Position numbers and translations under genes: made by a program
Notes under the pieces: generated by a model
The model's database searches: none
What the model was told of the DNA's origin: nothing
Seen by the model: only the letters and a program-made list of their open reading frames with translations
Shown here: in pieces, positions 1-8,837 of the stretch
Layout of the letters: every line of letters starts with the position of its first letter
How positions within the stretch are numbered: the stretch's first letter is position 1
Assembly: GCA_965367815.1 (NCBI GenBank)
Contig: CBDUKN010000025.1
Coordinates: 1-33,506 of the forward strand
Direction: 5' to 3'
Length of the DNA: 33,506 bases
DNA from: an uncultured Thermoprotei archaeon
GTDB taxonomy: Archaea > Thermoproteota > Thermoprotei > Thermofilales > B15-G2

Positions 1-507
1 AAAGAAACCGTAGAGTACTATGAAAGTATAGTTCAGAGAGCTTGGAAAATGGTTGAGGAAGCAGGTATTCCTGAAGAAAAGTTTAGAGCACTCGCAGAAA
101 ACTTGGAGTGGCTTCTAGTAGATGAAGACTTTAATAAGAAAGTAAAGCGCTTGCCGAAAGCGACCATAAGCTACGACCCTTACTGGGATACTTATTGGTG
201 GTGGTATTGGCACAACTTACCCACTTCAACAGTTCGAACTACTCCAGCTAAGGAAATCAATATATTTGAAGTAGCTGACAGTATAGCAAGTACTTTAGAG
301 AAAACAGCTTCTCAAATATCCTCTAAGATAGAAGAGATTTCAGAGAAAATAGCTGAAGTAGTTGAAGGCGAGAACAGAGAGGCTTCTCGCTCAACAGATT
401 CTCGCTCCTACGAGAGCATAGGGTGTGTCTGTGCGTGCGTTTCATGCGCCTGTGTATGCGCTTGCGTCTCATGCGCCTGCGCTTGTGCTAGCGGAGGAGC
501 TGGGTGA
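1..507 (+). CDS. 5'-partial protein with W/Y-rich patch and C-terminal Cys-rich tail (CVCACVSCA x2, CACASGGAG); putative radical SAM substrate
   Basis: Frame is open from base 1 (KETVEYYESIVQRAWKM...), so the gene starts upstream of the window. 10 Cys in the last 27 aa. Stop lies 4 nt before the rSAM ATG. Confidence 0.8.
   Translation, partial: KETVEYYESIVQRAWKMVEEAGIPEEKFRALAENLEWLLVDEDFNKKVKRLPKATISYDPYWDTYWWWYWHNLPTSTVRTTPAKEINIFEVADSIASTLEKTASQISSKIEEISEKIAEVVEGENREASRSTDSRSYESIGCVCACVSCACVCACVSCACACASGGAG
424..477 (+). repeat. 2 x 27-nt coding tandem repeat (CVCACVSCA)
   Basis: tgtgtctgtgcgtgcgtttcatgcgcc / tgtgtatgcgcttgcgtctcatgcgcc; all differences are synonymous. Confidence 0.85.
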
Positions 508-511
508 AAAC

Positions 512-1810
512 ATGGTCAAGAAAACTAGGTTCCTGTCACATATAGATGAAAAAACAGGACTACATATGCACTTAAGGCTCAATCCCGATAGAACAGGAGT
601 CCTCGTAATAAACGCGTCTAAAGTAATCTACTTAAACAAAACTGCAGCATTTTACGTAGAGCAAATGTTTAAAGGAGCTTCTCCAGAAGAAGCCGCTAAA
701 CGCGCTCGAAGAAAATTCAAAAACGTTACCCTCGAGGAAGCTGAACAAGATTACAGAGACGTTATAAATAAAATACTTAGCTTAGCGTTCAGTAAGGTAT
801 GTCCTATTTCTAGCTTAGGTTTTCATAGAGTAGATCCATTTAACTTCAAGCCCTCGGCTCCATACAGAGTTGACCTCGCATTAACCTATGACTGCAATAA
901 CGCATGTATTCACTGCTACTCTTCTTCGCCTAGAAAAACCTCTACTAAAGAACTCTCCACAAAGCAATGGACTAAAGTAATCGATAAGCTGTTCAACGTA
1001 GGAGTCCCTTATGTCTCATTCACTGGAGGAGAACCTACTCTAAGACCTGATTTAAAAGAGCTCATAGCTTATGCTCAGAAAAAAGGCCTAGTAACAGGGC
1101 TAGTAACTAATGGAAGAAGACTTTCTAATGCACAGTACCTGCACAAATTAGTAGAAGCAGGCCTTGACAGCATTCAAATAACTTTAGAGTCGCCAGATCC
1201 CGAAGTACATGATAAGATTACAGGAGTTAAAGGAAGCTGGAAAGAGACTGTCGAAGGTATTAAAAACACTGTGAAGGAAAATGTCTACCTCGACGTCAAT
1301 ATGACTTTAACTAAACTCAATATAAGGCATGTAAAGAAATGGGTTGTTTTCCTGAGCGAACTTGGAGTAGAAAATATTTCTATAAATAAACTGATATATT
1401 CTGGTAAAGCACTAAGGCTTGTTAAAGACCTTGAACCTCCGCTTAACGAAGTTAAAGAAGTCTTAGCCAAGGTAAAGGAGCTTGCAGAAGATTACGGAAT
1501 GAAGTTCACTTGGTACGGTGTCACAAGATACTGTGAGCTAAATCCGCTTGAATTAGACTTAGGTATTAAGACTTGTTCAGCCGCTCTACTCACGCTCGCA
1601 ATAGAGCCTGACGGCACAGTTATACCTTGTCAAAGCTACTTCGTACCTCTAGGAAATATTCTTAAAGACAAATGGGATAAAATATGGTTTAATGAACTGT
1701 GCATCAAACTAAGGAACCGAGAATACGCGCCTCAAAAATGCAGAAAATGCCCGCATTTCCACGTATGTGGCGGCGGCTGTCCTCTCGAAATAAAGCAGTT
1801 TTCACCATAA
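512..1810 (+). CDS. Radical SAM/SPASM-domain protein with N-terminal PqqD/RRE-like domain
   Basis: CNNACIHC (CX3CX2C), GGEP, SPASM CSAA...PDGTVIPC...CRKCPHFHVCGGGCP. N-terminal LNKTAAFYVE...EAEQDY resembles an RRE. ATG 512 follows GGTGA; the ORF-track start at 425 overlaps the upstream gene. Confidence 0.9.
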   Translation: MVKKTRFLSHIDEKTGLHMHLRLNPDRTGVLVINASKVIYLNKTAAFYVEQMFKGASPEEAAKRARRKFKNVTLEEAEQDYRDVINKILSLAFSKVCPISSLGFHRVDPFNFKPSAPYRVDLALTYDCNNACIHCYSSSPRKTSTKELSTKQWTKVIDKLFNVGVPYVSFTGGEPTLRPDLKELIAYAQKKGLVTGLVTNGRRLSNAQYLHKLVEAGLDSIQITLESPDPEVHDKITGVKGSWKETVEGIKNTVKENVYLDVNMTLTKLNIRHVKKWVVFLSELGVENISINKLIYSGKALRLVKDLEPPLNEVKEVLAKVKELAEDYGMKFTWYGVTRYCELNPLELDLGIKTCSAALLTLAIEPDGTVIPCQSYFVPLGNILKDKWDKIWFNELCIKLRNREYAPQKCRKCPHFHVCGGGCPLEIKQFSP

Positions 1811-2140
1811 TGGCTCTTCTACTATTTTTATAGTGGCTCCACAGTAGGGGCACTCAATATACTCTTGTCCAGGCTTCGGCGGAGGGAGATCTGCCCCGCA
1901 CTTAGGGCACCTAAATTCTTCTACAGATAGCTTACCTCCGGGACTCCACGTTACCTTAACCTCGTATATTCTCGGCCTCGGCTTAAATGCTAAGTAAAAT
2001 AAAGCTAAGCTGACTACTGTAAGCAATACTCCTATTGGAAGGCGGTACACTTTACCAGGTGCAGCCGAAGCTATAATAAAGACTACTCCGAGAAATAGGA
2101 GAACAGCACCTATTAAACTGAGCACGAGTTTTCTTAGCAT
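1802..2140 (-). CDS. Two-TM membrane protein with C-terminal zinc ribbon
   Basis: Two hydrophobic helices, then CPKCG...CPYCG. Start MLRKLV (2140) preferred over 2188. Confidence 0.75.
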   Translation of the reverse strand: MLRKLVLSLIGAVLLFLGVVFIIASAAPGKVYRLPIGVLLTVVSLALFYLAFKPRPRIYEVKVTWSPGGKLSVEEFRCPKCGADLPPPKPGQEYIECPYCGATIKIVEEPLW

Positions 2141-2250
2141 GTAAAAATAGTATCTTGTACAGGAATTTATTTTTTCATACGCGTTCAATTTCTTAAAACA
2201 CGAGCGTACTAAAGTGTAGATTTATCACTCTTTTACTCTTACTTTAAACG

Positions 2251-3633
2251 ATGATTAAAAAAGGCATAATCCTAGTTTTAGCGGCTTTAGTAGTACTTTC
2301 AAGTACTCTCTATGCGCTCCACTTAACTACAAGCAGTAAGTCTCTTGTATCAAGAGACCTTGTAGTATACACCCAAGGCATAGCCTTAATAAAAGAAATA
2401 AGAACAGTTAAACTAAATAAAGGACTAAACGAAATAATAATATCTGATATACCGAGTCAAATCGACGCAACTAGTATAGTTGTTAAAAGCTTAAATTCGT
2501 CAGTCAAAGTGCTTGAACAAAGCTATGATTACGATTTAGTCAATTATCAGAAACTCTTAGCAAGATCTATTGGAAAGAAAATTAAAGTTAAGATAGATAA
2601 TGAAACTATTGAAGGCATATTACTATCATATGACCATAATACACTTGTTTTAGACATCAATGGAAAGCCAGAAATAGTTTTTACGTATAAGGCTAAGTAC
2701 ATTGTACTTCAAACAAATATATCAGAATATACTCTTAGACCATCTCTTAAGGTAGTACTTGAGGCAGAAGAACCAGGAACATATTTGCTTGAGCTCATAT
2801 ATTTAGCTAAAGGCATTTCATGGACACCTTACTACGCTATAATCGTAAGTAGCGATGAAAAACAAATAGAAGAACTTGCTGGCTGGGCTAGAATAGTTAA
2901 CAACGCTGGAATAGATTTTGAAAATGTAGGGCTGAGTCTTCTTGCAGGAGAAGTGCAAATAGTATCTGGTGAAACGTACATAAGGCCTCTAAGCAAAACC
3001 TACTATGAAGCTGGAGGCATTCCATCTCCTCTATCACAGTTTTCTGAAGAAAAATTATTCGAGTACCACATCTTTAAGCTAAATAGAAGGATTGACTTAA
3101 AGAACAATGAAGCTAAACAAATATCCTTTATTACCGCCAAGAACGTAAGCTGCATTAAAGAATACTTCGTCGACTATGTGAGAAAAGGACCTAAAGTCTA
3201 CGTAGCAATATCATTCAATAATACTAAGACAAATAATCTTGGAGTACCTTTGCCTAAAGGCATTATCAGAGTATATAAGAATACTGAAAGCGGGATAGTC
3301 TTTATAGGCGAAGACAGAATAGAGAACAAGCCTGTAAACTCTACAGTAAGAGTAGTTGTAGGCGTAGCATACGACATAACAGTTTCAAGAAAAATGCTTG
3401 AATCGAGAAAAATAAGTGAAAGCAGCTTCAGATACAAGTACAGAATAGTGCTCAAAAATCACGGCGATAAGGCTGTTTCTGTGAAAGTTATAGAACACGC
3501 ATATGGTAGCTGGGAAATAGTTGACACAACACATAGTTACACTAAAGTAGACGCCCATACTTTCGAGTTCAGAGTAGAAGTACCACCTAACTCCGAAGTA
3601 ACAATAGAGTACACGATAATTATTTGGTGGTAA
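2251..3633 (+). CDS. Secreted/anchored DUF4139(-DUF4140) family protein
   Basis: N-terminal signal/TM; LVVYTQGIALIKEIR, YLAKGISWTPYY, LGVPLPKGIIRVY, FIGEDRI motifs typical of DUF4139. Confidence 0.8.
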   Translation: MIKKGIILVLAALVVLSSTLYALHLTTSSKSLVSRDLVVYTQGIALIKEIRTVKLNKGLNEIIISDIPSQIDATSIVVKSLNSSVKVLEQSYDYDLVNYQKLLARSIGKKIKVKIDNETIEGILLSYDHNTLVLDINGKPEIVFTYKAKYIVLQTNISEYTLRPSLKVVLEAEEPGTYLLELIYLAKGISWTPYYAIIVSSDEKQIEELAGWARIVNNAGIDFENVGLSLLAGEVQIVSGETYIRPLSKTYYEAGGIPSPLSQFSEEKLFEYHIFKLNRRIDLKNNEAKQISFITAKNVSCIKEYFVDYVRKGPKVYVAISFNNTKTNNLGVPLPKGIIRVYKNTESGIVFIGEDRIENKPVNSTVRVVVGVAYDITVSRKMLESRKISESSFRYKYRIVLKNHGDKAVSVKVIEHAYGSWEIVDTTHSYTKVDAHTFEFRVEVPPNSEVTIEYTIIIWW

Positions 3634-3678
3634 AGAACAAGACCACATTTAAAATAATTTTATTTATTTTTAGTTATT

Positions 3679-4263
3679 TCAGCTCACTGGCGGTGGTGGA
3701 GGAGGAGGCTGAGGAGAAACCGGTGATTCTTCTTTTATTGAGAAGAAAGATACTGCTTCAAGTACTTTAGCCACTAGCAGTATTATTCCGCCTATAATCA
3801 CTATTAGTAGAGCCGATCCAATTAAGTAGAGAAGGCCTGTAGTCTTGAATAAGTCAATACCGGTTATTTCTGCAACTCTATCGTAGGTTCTTTTGATGAA
3901 TACTCCTCCTACTATACATGCTAACCATAAAACAACTAGACCGGAAATTACTCCAAGAAGCACTGGAAGCCAGCTAACTTTAGGTGTATGTGGCGCCGAG
4001 AATATAGCACTTAGTAGTGTCCCGAAAACTACTAAGAAAAATATTACTATGCCGACTATGTATGCTACCATAGCTATGATCATGTTTTTAAACAGTTGAG
4101 GCTCATTAACCATGTCTGAAAGGTACTTTATGGCAATGAGTATTAGTACAAGCCCCGCTATCGATAGCACTATTCCTATGTGAGGAACAAATGAGAGCAA
4201 AGACAGTAATGCTCCCAGCCCGCCATATATTTTAACATCTCTCATCGTAGGCATAAGCCTCAA
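3679..4263 (-). CDS. DUF996 family membrane protein with polyproline C-tail
   Basis: GGLGALL N-terminus, TGIDLFKTTGLLYLIG, VSFFSI; ends PQPPPPPPPVS. Confidence 0.8.
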   Translation of the reverse strand: MRLMPTMRDVKIYGGLGALLSLLSFVPHIGIVLSIAGLVLILIAIKYLSDMVNEPQLFKNMIIAMVAYIVGIVIFFLVVFGTLLSAIFSAPHTPKVSWLPVLLGVISGLVVLWLACIVGGVFIKRTYDRVAEITGIDLFKTTGLLYLIGSALLIVIIGGIILLVAKVLEAVSFFSIKEESPVSPQPPPPPPPVS

Positions 4264-4327
4264 GCTAAATTACCTTTGAGAAATAAAAGTCTTATCGTAA
4301 AGACCTTTGTTCTAGAAAACAGAGCTA

Positions 4328-4468
4328 TGGTGCCCCGGCCGGGATTTTCCCTCGGAGGGTGTGTGTCCTCCGAGTTTTGAACCCGGGTTCTCCGGCTATG
4401 GAGGAGGCCTTCTCTCTCCGCAGAGGCTCGAAAGGCCGGAATGTTTGACCGGGCTACACCACCGGGGC
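4328..4468 (-). tRNA. tRNA-Glu(UUC) with two 31-nt introns and encoded CCA
   Basis: Reverse complement: GCCCCGG acceptor / CCGGGGC-A-CCA; D arm GTGT-AGCCCGGTCAA-ACAT; anticodon arm CCGGC-CTTTCGA-GCCGG interrupted by 4398-4428; T arm CCGGG-TTCAAAT-CCCGG interrupted by 4345-4375. Confidence 0.92.
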
Positions 4469-4490
4469 AAAATAACCTACAAGCACCCCA

Positions 4491-4504
4491 TAATTAAATT
4501 TTTC
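4491..4504 (-). promoter_or_regulatory. BRE/TATA promoter of tRNA-Glu
   Basis: GAAAAA-TTTAATTA about 23-30 nt upstream of the tRNA 5' end. Confidence 0.6.
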
Positions 4505-4538
4505 TCCTTGTACACGAAGACCCTCTAGGTATCAGCAC

Positions 4539-4688
4539 TTAGTAGAGGCCATATTTAGACAATAGAAAGTTTATCAATTCTTCGACTGTATAGTATTTTC
4601 TACACTTAGGACAATACCATGCGCCCTTATAGGGATCCCAGAAAATACTTCCTCCGCAGTCTGGGCAAGGTACGCTAAGCAATAGCAT
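4539..4688 (-). CDS. 49-aa zinc-ribbon ORF (possibly the orphaned C-terminal domain of the decayed kinase)
   Basis: MLLLSVPCPDCGGSIFWDPYKGAWYCPKCRKYYTVEELINFLLSKYGLY; CPxCG...WYCPxC; absent from the ORF track. Confidence 0.5.
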   Translation of the reverse strand: MLLLSVPCPDCGGSIFWDPYKGAWYCPKCRKYYTVEELINFLLSKYGLY

Positions 4689-5017
4689 TAGCTACACTAA
4701 ACCATATATTCATGCCTTCTTTAAAACTCAATATATTTTTACAAACCCTATTTTCTAAAGTTTCGTCTAAGAGCTCATATGCAATAAAATAAGGTGATGT
4801 TCTCCCAGTCGAGAACTTTAACGATATTCGAGTGGTTCAGTCTACTTATAGCAGAGATTTCTCTTACGAAAACTCCGCCAAGCCTATTTTCTAATTCTTT
4901 TTTAAAAACTTGGAGCGCAGCTTTGATATTCGGGTTCTCTCGTAAATGAGCTTCATACACAATAGCAGTACTACCGGAACCGGTAGGTTTTTCAATAACC
5001 CAAGAACCTATCTCCAC
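4675..5017 (-). pseudogene. Hanks-type Ser/Thr protein kinase remnant (N-lobe to alphaE)
   Basis: GSGSTAIVY G-loop, AALQVF (catalytic K to Q), FVREI..ISRLNHSNIVKV. After a frameshift near 4800: SPYFIAYELL...IWFSVANAIA*. No HRD or DFG. Confidence 0.75.
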
Positions 5018-5131
5018 ATAAATATTGATAAAAACTATTTAATAAAGATGACTAGAGTAGCGTGAATTTCCCATTAAATATAGAAAACAGCAGAGGCAAC
5101 TTTTTCTAAGACAAAAACTACAATATTTTGT

Positions 5132-5842
5132 ATGGAAGTGTACGTAGGGACATCGGGGTGGTCTTACTCTTGGAATCCCGATGGTTTCGCTTGGTACTCT
5201 ACACGCTCAGGCTTAAATGCTGTTGAACTGAATATGAGTTTTTATAGCTTTCCTAGACTGCGCATGATTTATTCATGGGCTAAGAAAACTCGAGGAAATA
5301 TAAGGTGGGCAATTAAAGTAAATAGAATAATTACCCATGTGTATAGACTTAGCGAAAAATCTTACGCAATATGGCATAAGTTTCAAAGACTTTTCAAACC
5401 TCTAGAAGACTATATAGACTTCTATCTTTTCCAAATGCCTCCTAGCTTCAGGCCTAGTCAAAATAATTTAGAAAAAATAGAGAAAATGTTCTATGAAGTG
5501 AATCTAGGTGAGAAATTTGCTCTCGAAATAAGAGATCCTGCGTGGATAAGTGAAGAATACTTAAAAGCATTCAAAAAACTAGGATTAACTTTTGTATCTG
5601 TAGACGCGCCTGAATTCAAGTGGTTTGTTGAAACCAACGGCATAGTTTACTTAAGAGTCCACGGACGAACAAGCTGGTATTCGCACAGATATACAGCAGA
5701 TGAACTTGTCGAGCTAGCAGACGAAGTCCTTAAGCTAAATCCTAGAAAAGTATACGTGTTTTTCAACAATAATCATGATATGCTCGACAACGGTAGAGAA
5801 ATGCTCGAAATACTGAAGAGAAAAACTAATATCAGGCCTTAG
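5132..5842 (+). CDS. DUF72 family protein
   Basis: YVGTSGWSY, AVELNMSFY, LFQMPPSF, YLRVHGR, VFFNN. Confidence 0.92.
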   Translation: MEVYVGTSGWSYSWNPDGFAWYSTRSGLNAVELNMSFYSFPRLRMIYSWAKKTRGNIRWAIKVNRIITHVYRLSEKSYAIWHKFQRLFKPLEDYIDFYLFQMPPSFRPSQNNLEKIEKMFYEVNLGEKFALEIRDPAWISEEYLKAFKKLGLTFVSVDAPEFKWFVETNGIVYLRVHGRTSWYSHRYTADELVELADEVLKLNPRKVYVFFNNNHDMLDNGREMLEILKRKTNIRP

Positions 5843-5856
5843 TAAATATTTCATAG

Positions 5857-5911
5857 CTAATGATGAACACGGGAACGGCCGATAGATGTGGATATCAGCT
5901 TCGGCTGATGT
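5857..5911 (+). ncRNA. C/D-box methylation guide sRNA
   Basis: C ATGATGA 5860-66; 12-nt guide; D' CCGA 5879-82; C' ATGTGGA 5886-92; 12-nt guide; D CTGA 5905-08; intergenic. Confidence 0.85.
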
Positions 5912-5935
5912 AGAGTTAGTTAAATATTTATCCTA

Positions 5936-6652
5936 GTGTTTTCGGCTACTGTGTTGCCTTTAACCGATCTCCATCAACACACTAGCTACTCTCCTTGCGG
6001 CATTGATGTTTCAATGAAAAAGAATATCGAAGTAGCAGCAGCTAAAGGACTTAGAGTAATAGCATTTACTGACCACGGATCTGTAAGTGAGCCTAAGTGG
6101 ATTAACAAGTACTTTGAAGAGCTATCTTCCTTAAAAACTGATAATGTTGAAGTATTATCTGGCATGGAAGTAGATGTCGACTTTAACGGTAATCCTGTTG
6201 TTAAAAGAGAGATTTTAAGAAAATTTGATGTCATTGTAGCAGCCATCCACAAGAAGCCTTCCGGCGTAAGCTTAGATCAGCTTTACTTGTGGTGGAAAAA
6301 GACGTTAATAGCTGTTGCTGAAGGAGGCTTTGCTTTAGTAATAGCTCATCCAACTGATATAGGTTGGTTTAAGCTAACGCCTCCTCTTGAATACTGTTTA
6401 GAAGTAATTGATGTTTTCAAAGAAAACGGTATTGCTGTAGAAATAAACTACCACCATAAAGATCCTAATGACTATTTTCTCTCACTCTGCTTAAAGAAGG
6501 GAGTTAAGCTTACTCCTACTTCTGATGCACACAAGCTAACTGAAATAGGAAACTTGGAGTGGCATAAAGCTAGAGTAGAAAACTTAGGTGTAAAAATTGA
6601 TGAAGTTAACTGGCTTACAGAAAGAGAGCTCTTCGCATATATTAGTCACTGA
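5936..6652 (+). CDS. PHP-domain phosphoesterase (HisK/YcdX-like)
   Basis: DLHQHT, FTDH, GMEVD, IAHP, SDAH. Start uncertain. Confidence 0.85.
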   Translation: MFSATVLPLTDLHQHTSYSPCGIDVSMKKNIEVAAAKGLRVIAFTDHGSVSEPKWINKYFEELSSLKTDNVEVLSGMEVDVDFNGNPVVKREILRKFDVIVAAIHKKPSGVSLDQLYLWWKKTLIAVAEGGFALVIAHPTDIGWFKLTPPLEYCLEVIDVFKENGIAVEINYHHKDPNDYFLSLCLKKGVKLTPTSDAHKLTEIGNLEWHKARVENLGVKIDEVNWLTERELFAYISH

Positions 6653-7586
6653 TATTTCTTTGAGTAAAACTGTTTAGAAGCTCGACTACTGCCGAGTTTT
6701 CTTTGAGTGGAATAGAGTCTACTGAGAGAGACTTCTTTAAAAGCACTCCGTCAACACATCCCAGTTCAACTGCTTTCTTTAGTAGTTCTTCTTCCTGTAG
6801 AGGTGTGTGCAGAAGTAGGCTATGTGAGAGTAACGATAAACCTGATACTAGAGCATATGCTCCCCAGTTCGATGTAGTTGAGACCACTAGTGCTGTGCAA
6901 GAAGTATGGCACGCTATTCCCCCCTTACAGGGACACCTACATACTCTACCATATGGCACTTTTTCTCGAATAATTTCTTCAAGAACCCCCATACCCACTT
7001 CATTTCCTCCATCACCTATCCCTATCACAGTCTTTTTCTCGGCAAGTGCCTTTTTAGCAAGAATATCTACTTTAGCATGGAGGCCGGTAACATTAATGCC
7101 GCCCATAGTGTGGTATTCTCCTTTATAGTTTGCCCCAACTTTCTCTATAAAGATCAGCGCTGAAGGATTATAGCTTTTTAAGAGTTCTTCGGCTCTGATA
7201 TTTGCTTCATTAGGATCGGTAGGAAACTCAAGTACCTTGTATCTGCCTGAAGTATCTACTGTTAGAAGAAGTTCTTTAAGCAATTCCGTGTTCTGAGGCT
7301 CGGTTAACAGTATTGTATCTATGCCTAAATTTGTAAGTGCGCGGGCAAGTACTACTGCTCCGAGAGGACCATCTGTTTCTTGTGCATATACTTTAGGCAT
7401 AATAAATCCTGTAGAAATAAACACTGTCTTATTTTCTTTAATAGCATTAAATAGTGTTAACGATGCCTTCATTATCATAGGCCGGCGATATTTCTCTCTT
7501 AAGGCGCTATAGAGTATTCTCGGAGTTTTTCTAGTATTTAAATCTAAGAGAACTATTTGGCCTAGTACTTCGAAAACTTCTTCCAC
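6642..7586 (-). CDS. D-glutamate cyclase-like (DUF4392) protein
   Basis: TGF, ETDGPLGA, IEK.G, IGIGDGGNEVGMG, SNWGAY, VDG motifs. Confidence 0.85.
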   Translation of the reverse strand: MEEVFEVLGQIVLLDLNTRKTPRILYSALREKYRRPMIMKASLTLFNAIKENKTVFISTGFIMPKVYAQETDGPLGAVVLARALTNLGIDTILLTEPQNTELLKELLLTVDTSGRYKVLEFPTDPNEANIRAEELLKSYNPSALIFIEKVGANYKGEYHTMGGINVTGLHAKVDILAKKALAEKKTVIGIGDGGNEVGMGVLEEIIREKVPYGRVCRCPCKGGIACHTSCTALVVSTTSNWGAYALVSGLSLLSHSLLLHTPLQEEELLKKAVELGCVDGVLLKKSLSVDSIPLKENSAVVELLNSFTQRNISD

Positions 7587-7606
7587 AATTTTAGAGTACT
7601 ACTGCA

Positions 7607-8182
7607 CTAGATAAAACCTAAGGCTTCTATGAGCATTACAACACCAATTATGATAAATACTATTCCTGAAGCTACTTTTATAGCTCTTTCATACTTAGTT
7701 ATTTTCCTTAGAGATCCCCCTATTAGTGACGCTATTAGACAGGACAGAGCAAATGCTAGTATTGCTCCAGTGAAGACTTCAAGATATTTTCCTGTCGATG
7801 CCGAAAGAGAAACTACTGCTAGCTGCGTCTTGTCTCCAAACTCCATTAATGCCACTAGAAGCAGTGCATAGATTCCTTCCGCTGACTTACATTCCTCACT
7901 CTTTTCTCTGTCTTCTCTTTTAAGTATTGAGAATACTCCGAGAACTATGAAGAGTATAGCTGAAGCTACTTTAACTATATATATGGGAATAAGGTACCTT
8001 AAGCCTGCTCCTATAATTAAATTGATTACTGTAATTGCTGCTAGTCCTGCAAGTGAACAGAAAAATACTTTAAAGACGCTTCCTCCGCGGGCAGCAATGC
8101 ATGCTACTGTTATCTGAGTTTTGTCTCCGAGTTCAGCTAGGAATACTGCTGTAAACACAGAGACTATGAGCTCTATTTGCAC
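7607..8182 (-). CDS. TMEM165/GDT1 (UPF0016) Ca/Mn transporter
   Basis: Two copies of E-x-GDKTQ (AELGDKTQ, MEFGDKTQ). Confidence 0.92.
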   Translation of the reverse strand: MQIELIVSVFTAVFLAELGDKTQITVACIAARGGSVFKVFFCSLAGLAAITVINLIIGAGLRYLIPIYIVKVASAILFIVLGVFSILKREDREKSEECKSAEGIYALLLVALMEFGDKTQLAVVSLSASTGKYLEVFTGAILAFALSCLIASLIGGSLRKITKYERAIKVASGIVFIIIGVVMLIEALGFI

Positions 8183-8237
8183 AGAGAGCTTGAATAATAC
8201 GTAATTAAAAATTTTAGGCCCTGTTCGAAGAAAAAAT

Positions 8238-8837
8238 ATGTACTATTTTCTGAAGCCTCCTGGAAAAGCTGCATGGAACTATTTCCTGCTCTACAAAGCA
8301 AGCCGTCTGAAAAAATACTACTGTGGCACGTACTACGTTCCCGGGAAAACTATTTTACCTCTTTTTAATCTTCCAATAGACCGTACTGACAAAAGAGCTT
8401 TCATGAAAGCTTCTCGTAGCGACTTGGAAAAAGCATACAAAATGTTATGCGTTAACTGCGGCCTATGTTGTGTAGAAAACTCAGGAGCATTTGCATTTGA
8501 ACACGAATACAGGCTTATTAAAAACTATACTGAAGCGTTCTTACCTTCAGTAGAAGTCGAGGCAGAGTACATAGGAAAGCTGAGAATATATAGGCTAGAT
8601 GTCGGGCCTCGAGGTAGATGCGTTCTATATGATGTTGAAAAGGGGTGTTTAGTTCACGGGCACTTAAAGCCTATGATATGTATGATACAATACTGCTCTT
8701 TTTTCGCCGAAAAGAATGGTGAAAAATACATTAAGGCTCCATCTAAAAACAAACTCGTATATATTAAAGCGTCAAACAATATTTTCGAGTATTATGTTAA
8801 ATTATTCAGAAAAAGAGCTCTAAAAAAGTCTACTTAA
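8238..8837 (+). CDS. YkgJ-like (CxxCxxCC) Zn/Fe-S cysteine-cluster protein
   Basis: CVNCGLCC, GRCVLYD..GCLVH..KPMIC. Confidence 0.75.
   Translation: MYYFLKPPGKAAWNYFLLYKASRLKKYYCGTYYVPGKTILPLFNLPIDRTDKRAFMKASRSDLEKAYKMLCVNCGLCCVENSGAFAFEHEYRLIKNYTEAFLPSVEVEAEYIGKLRIYRLDVGPRGRCVLYDVEKGCLVHGHLKPMICMIQYCSFFAEKNGEKYIKAPSKNKLVYIKASNNIFEYYVKLFRKRALKKST

Noticed and set aside
425-511. N-terminal extension of the rSAM ORF
   Set aside because: It is the alternative frame of the Cys-rich tail; ATG 512 has an SD.
4328-5017. tRNA as an integration site
   Set aside because: No integrase or duplicated tRNA end seen in the window.
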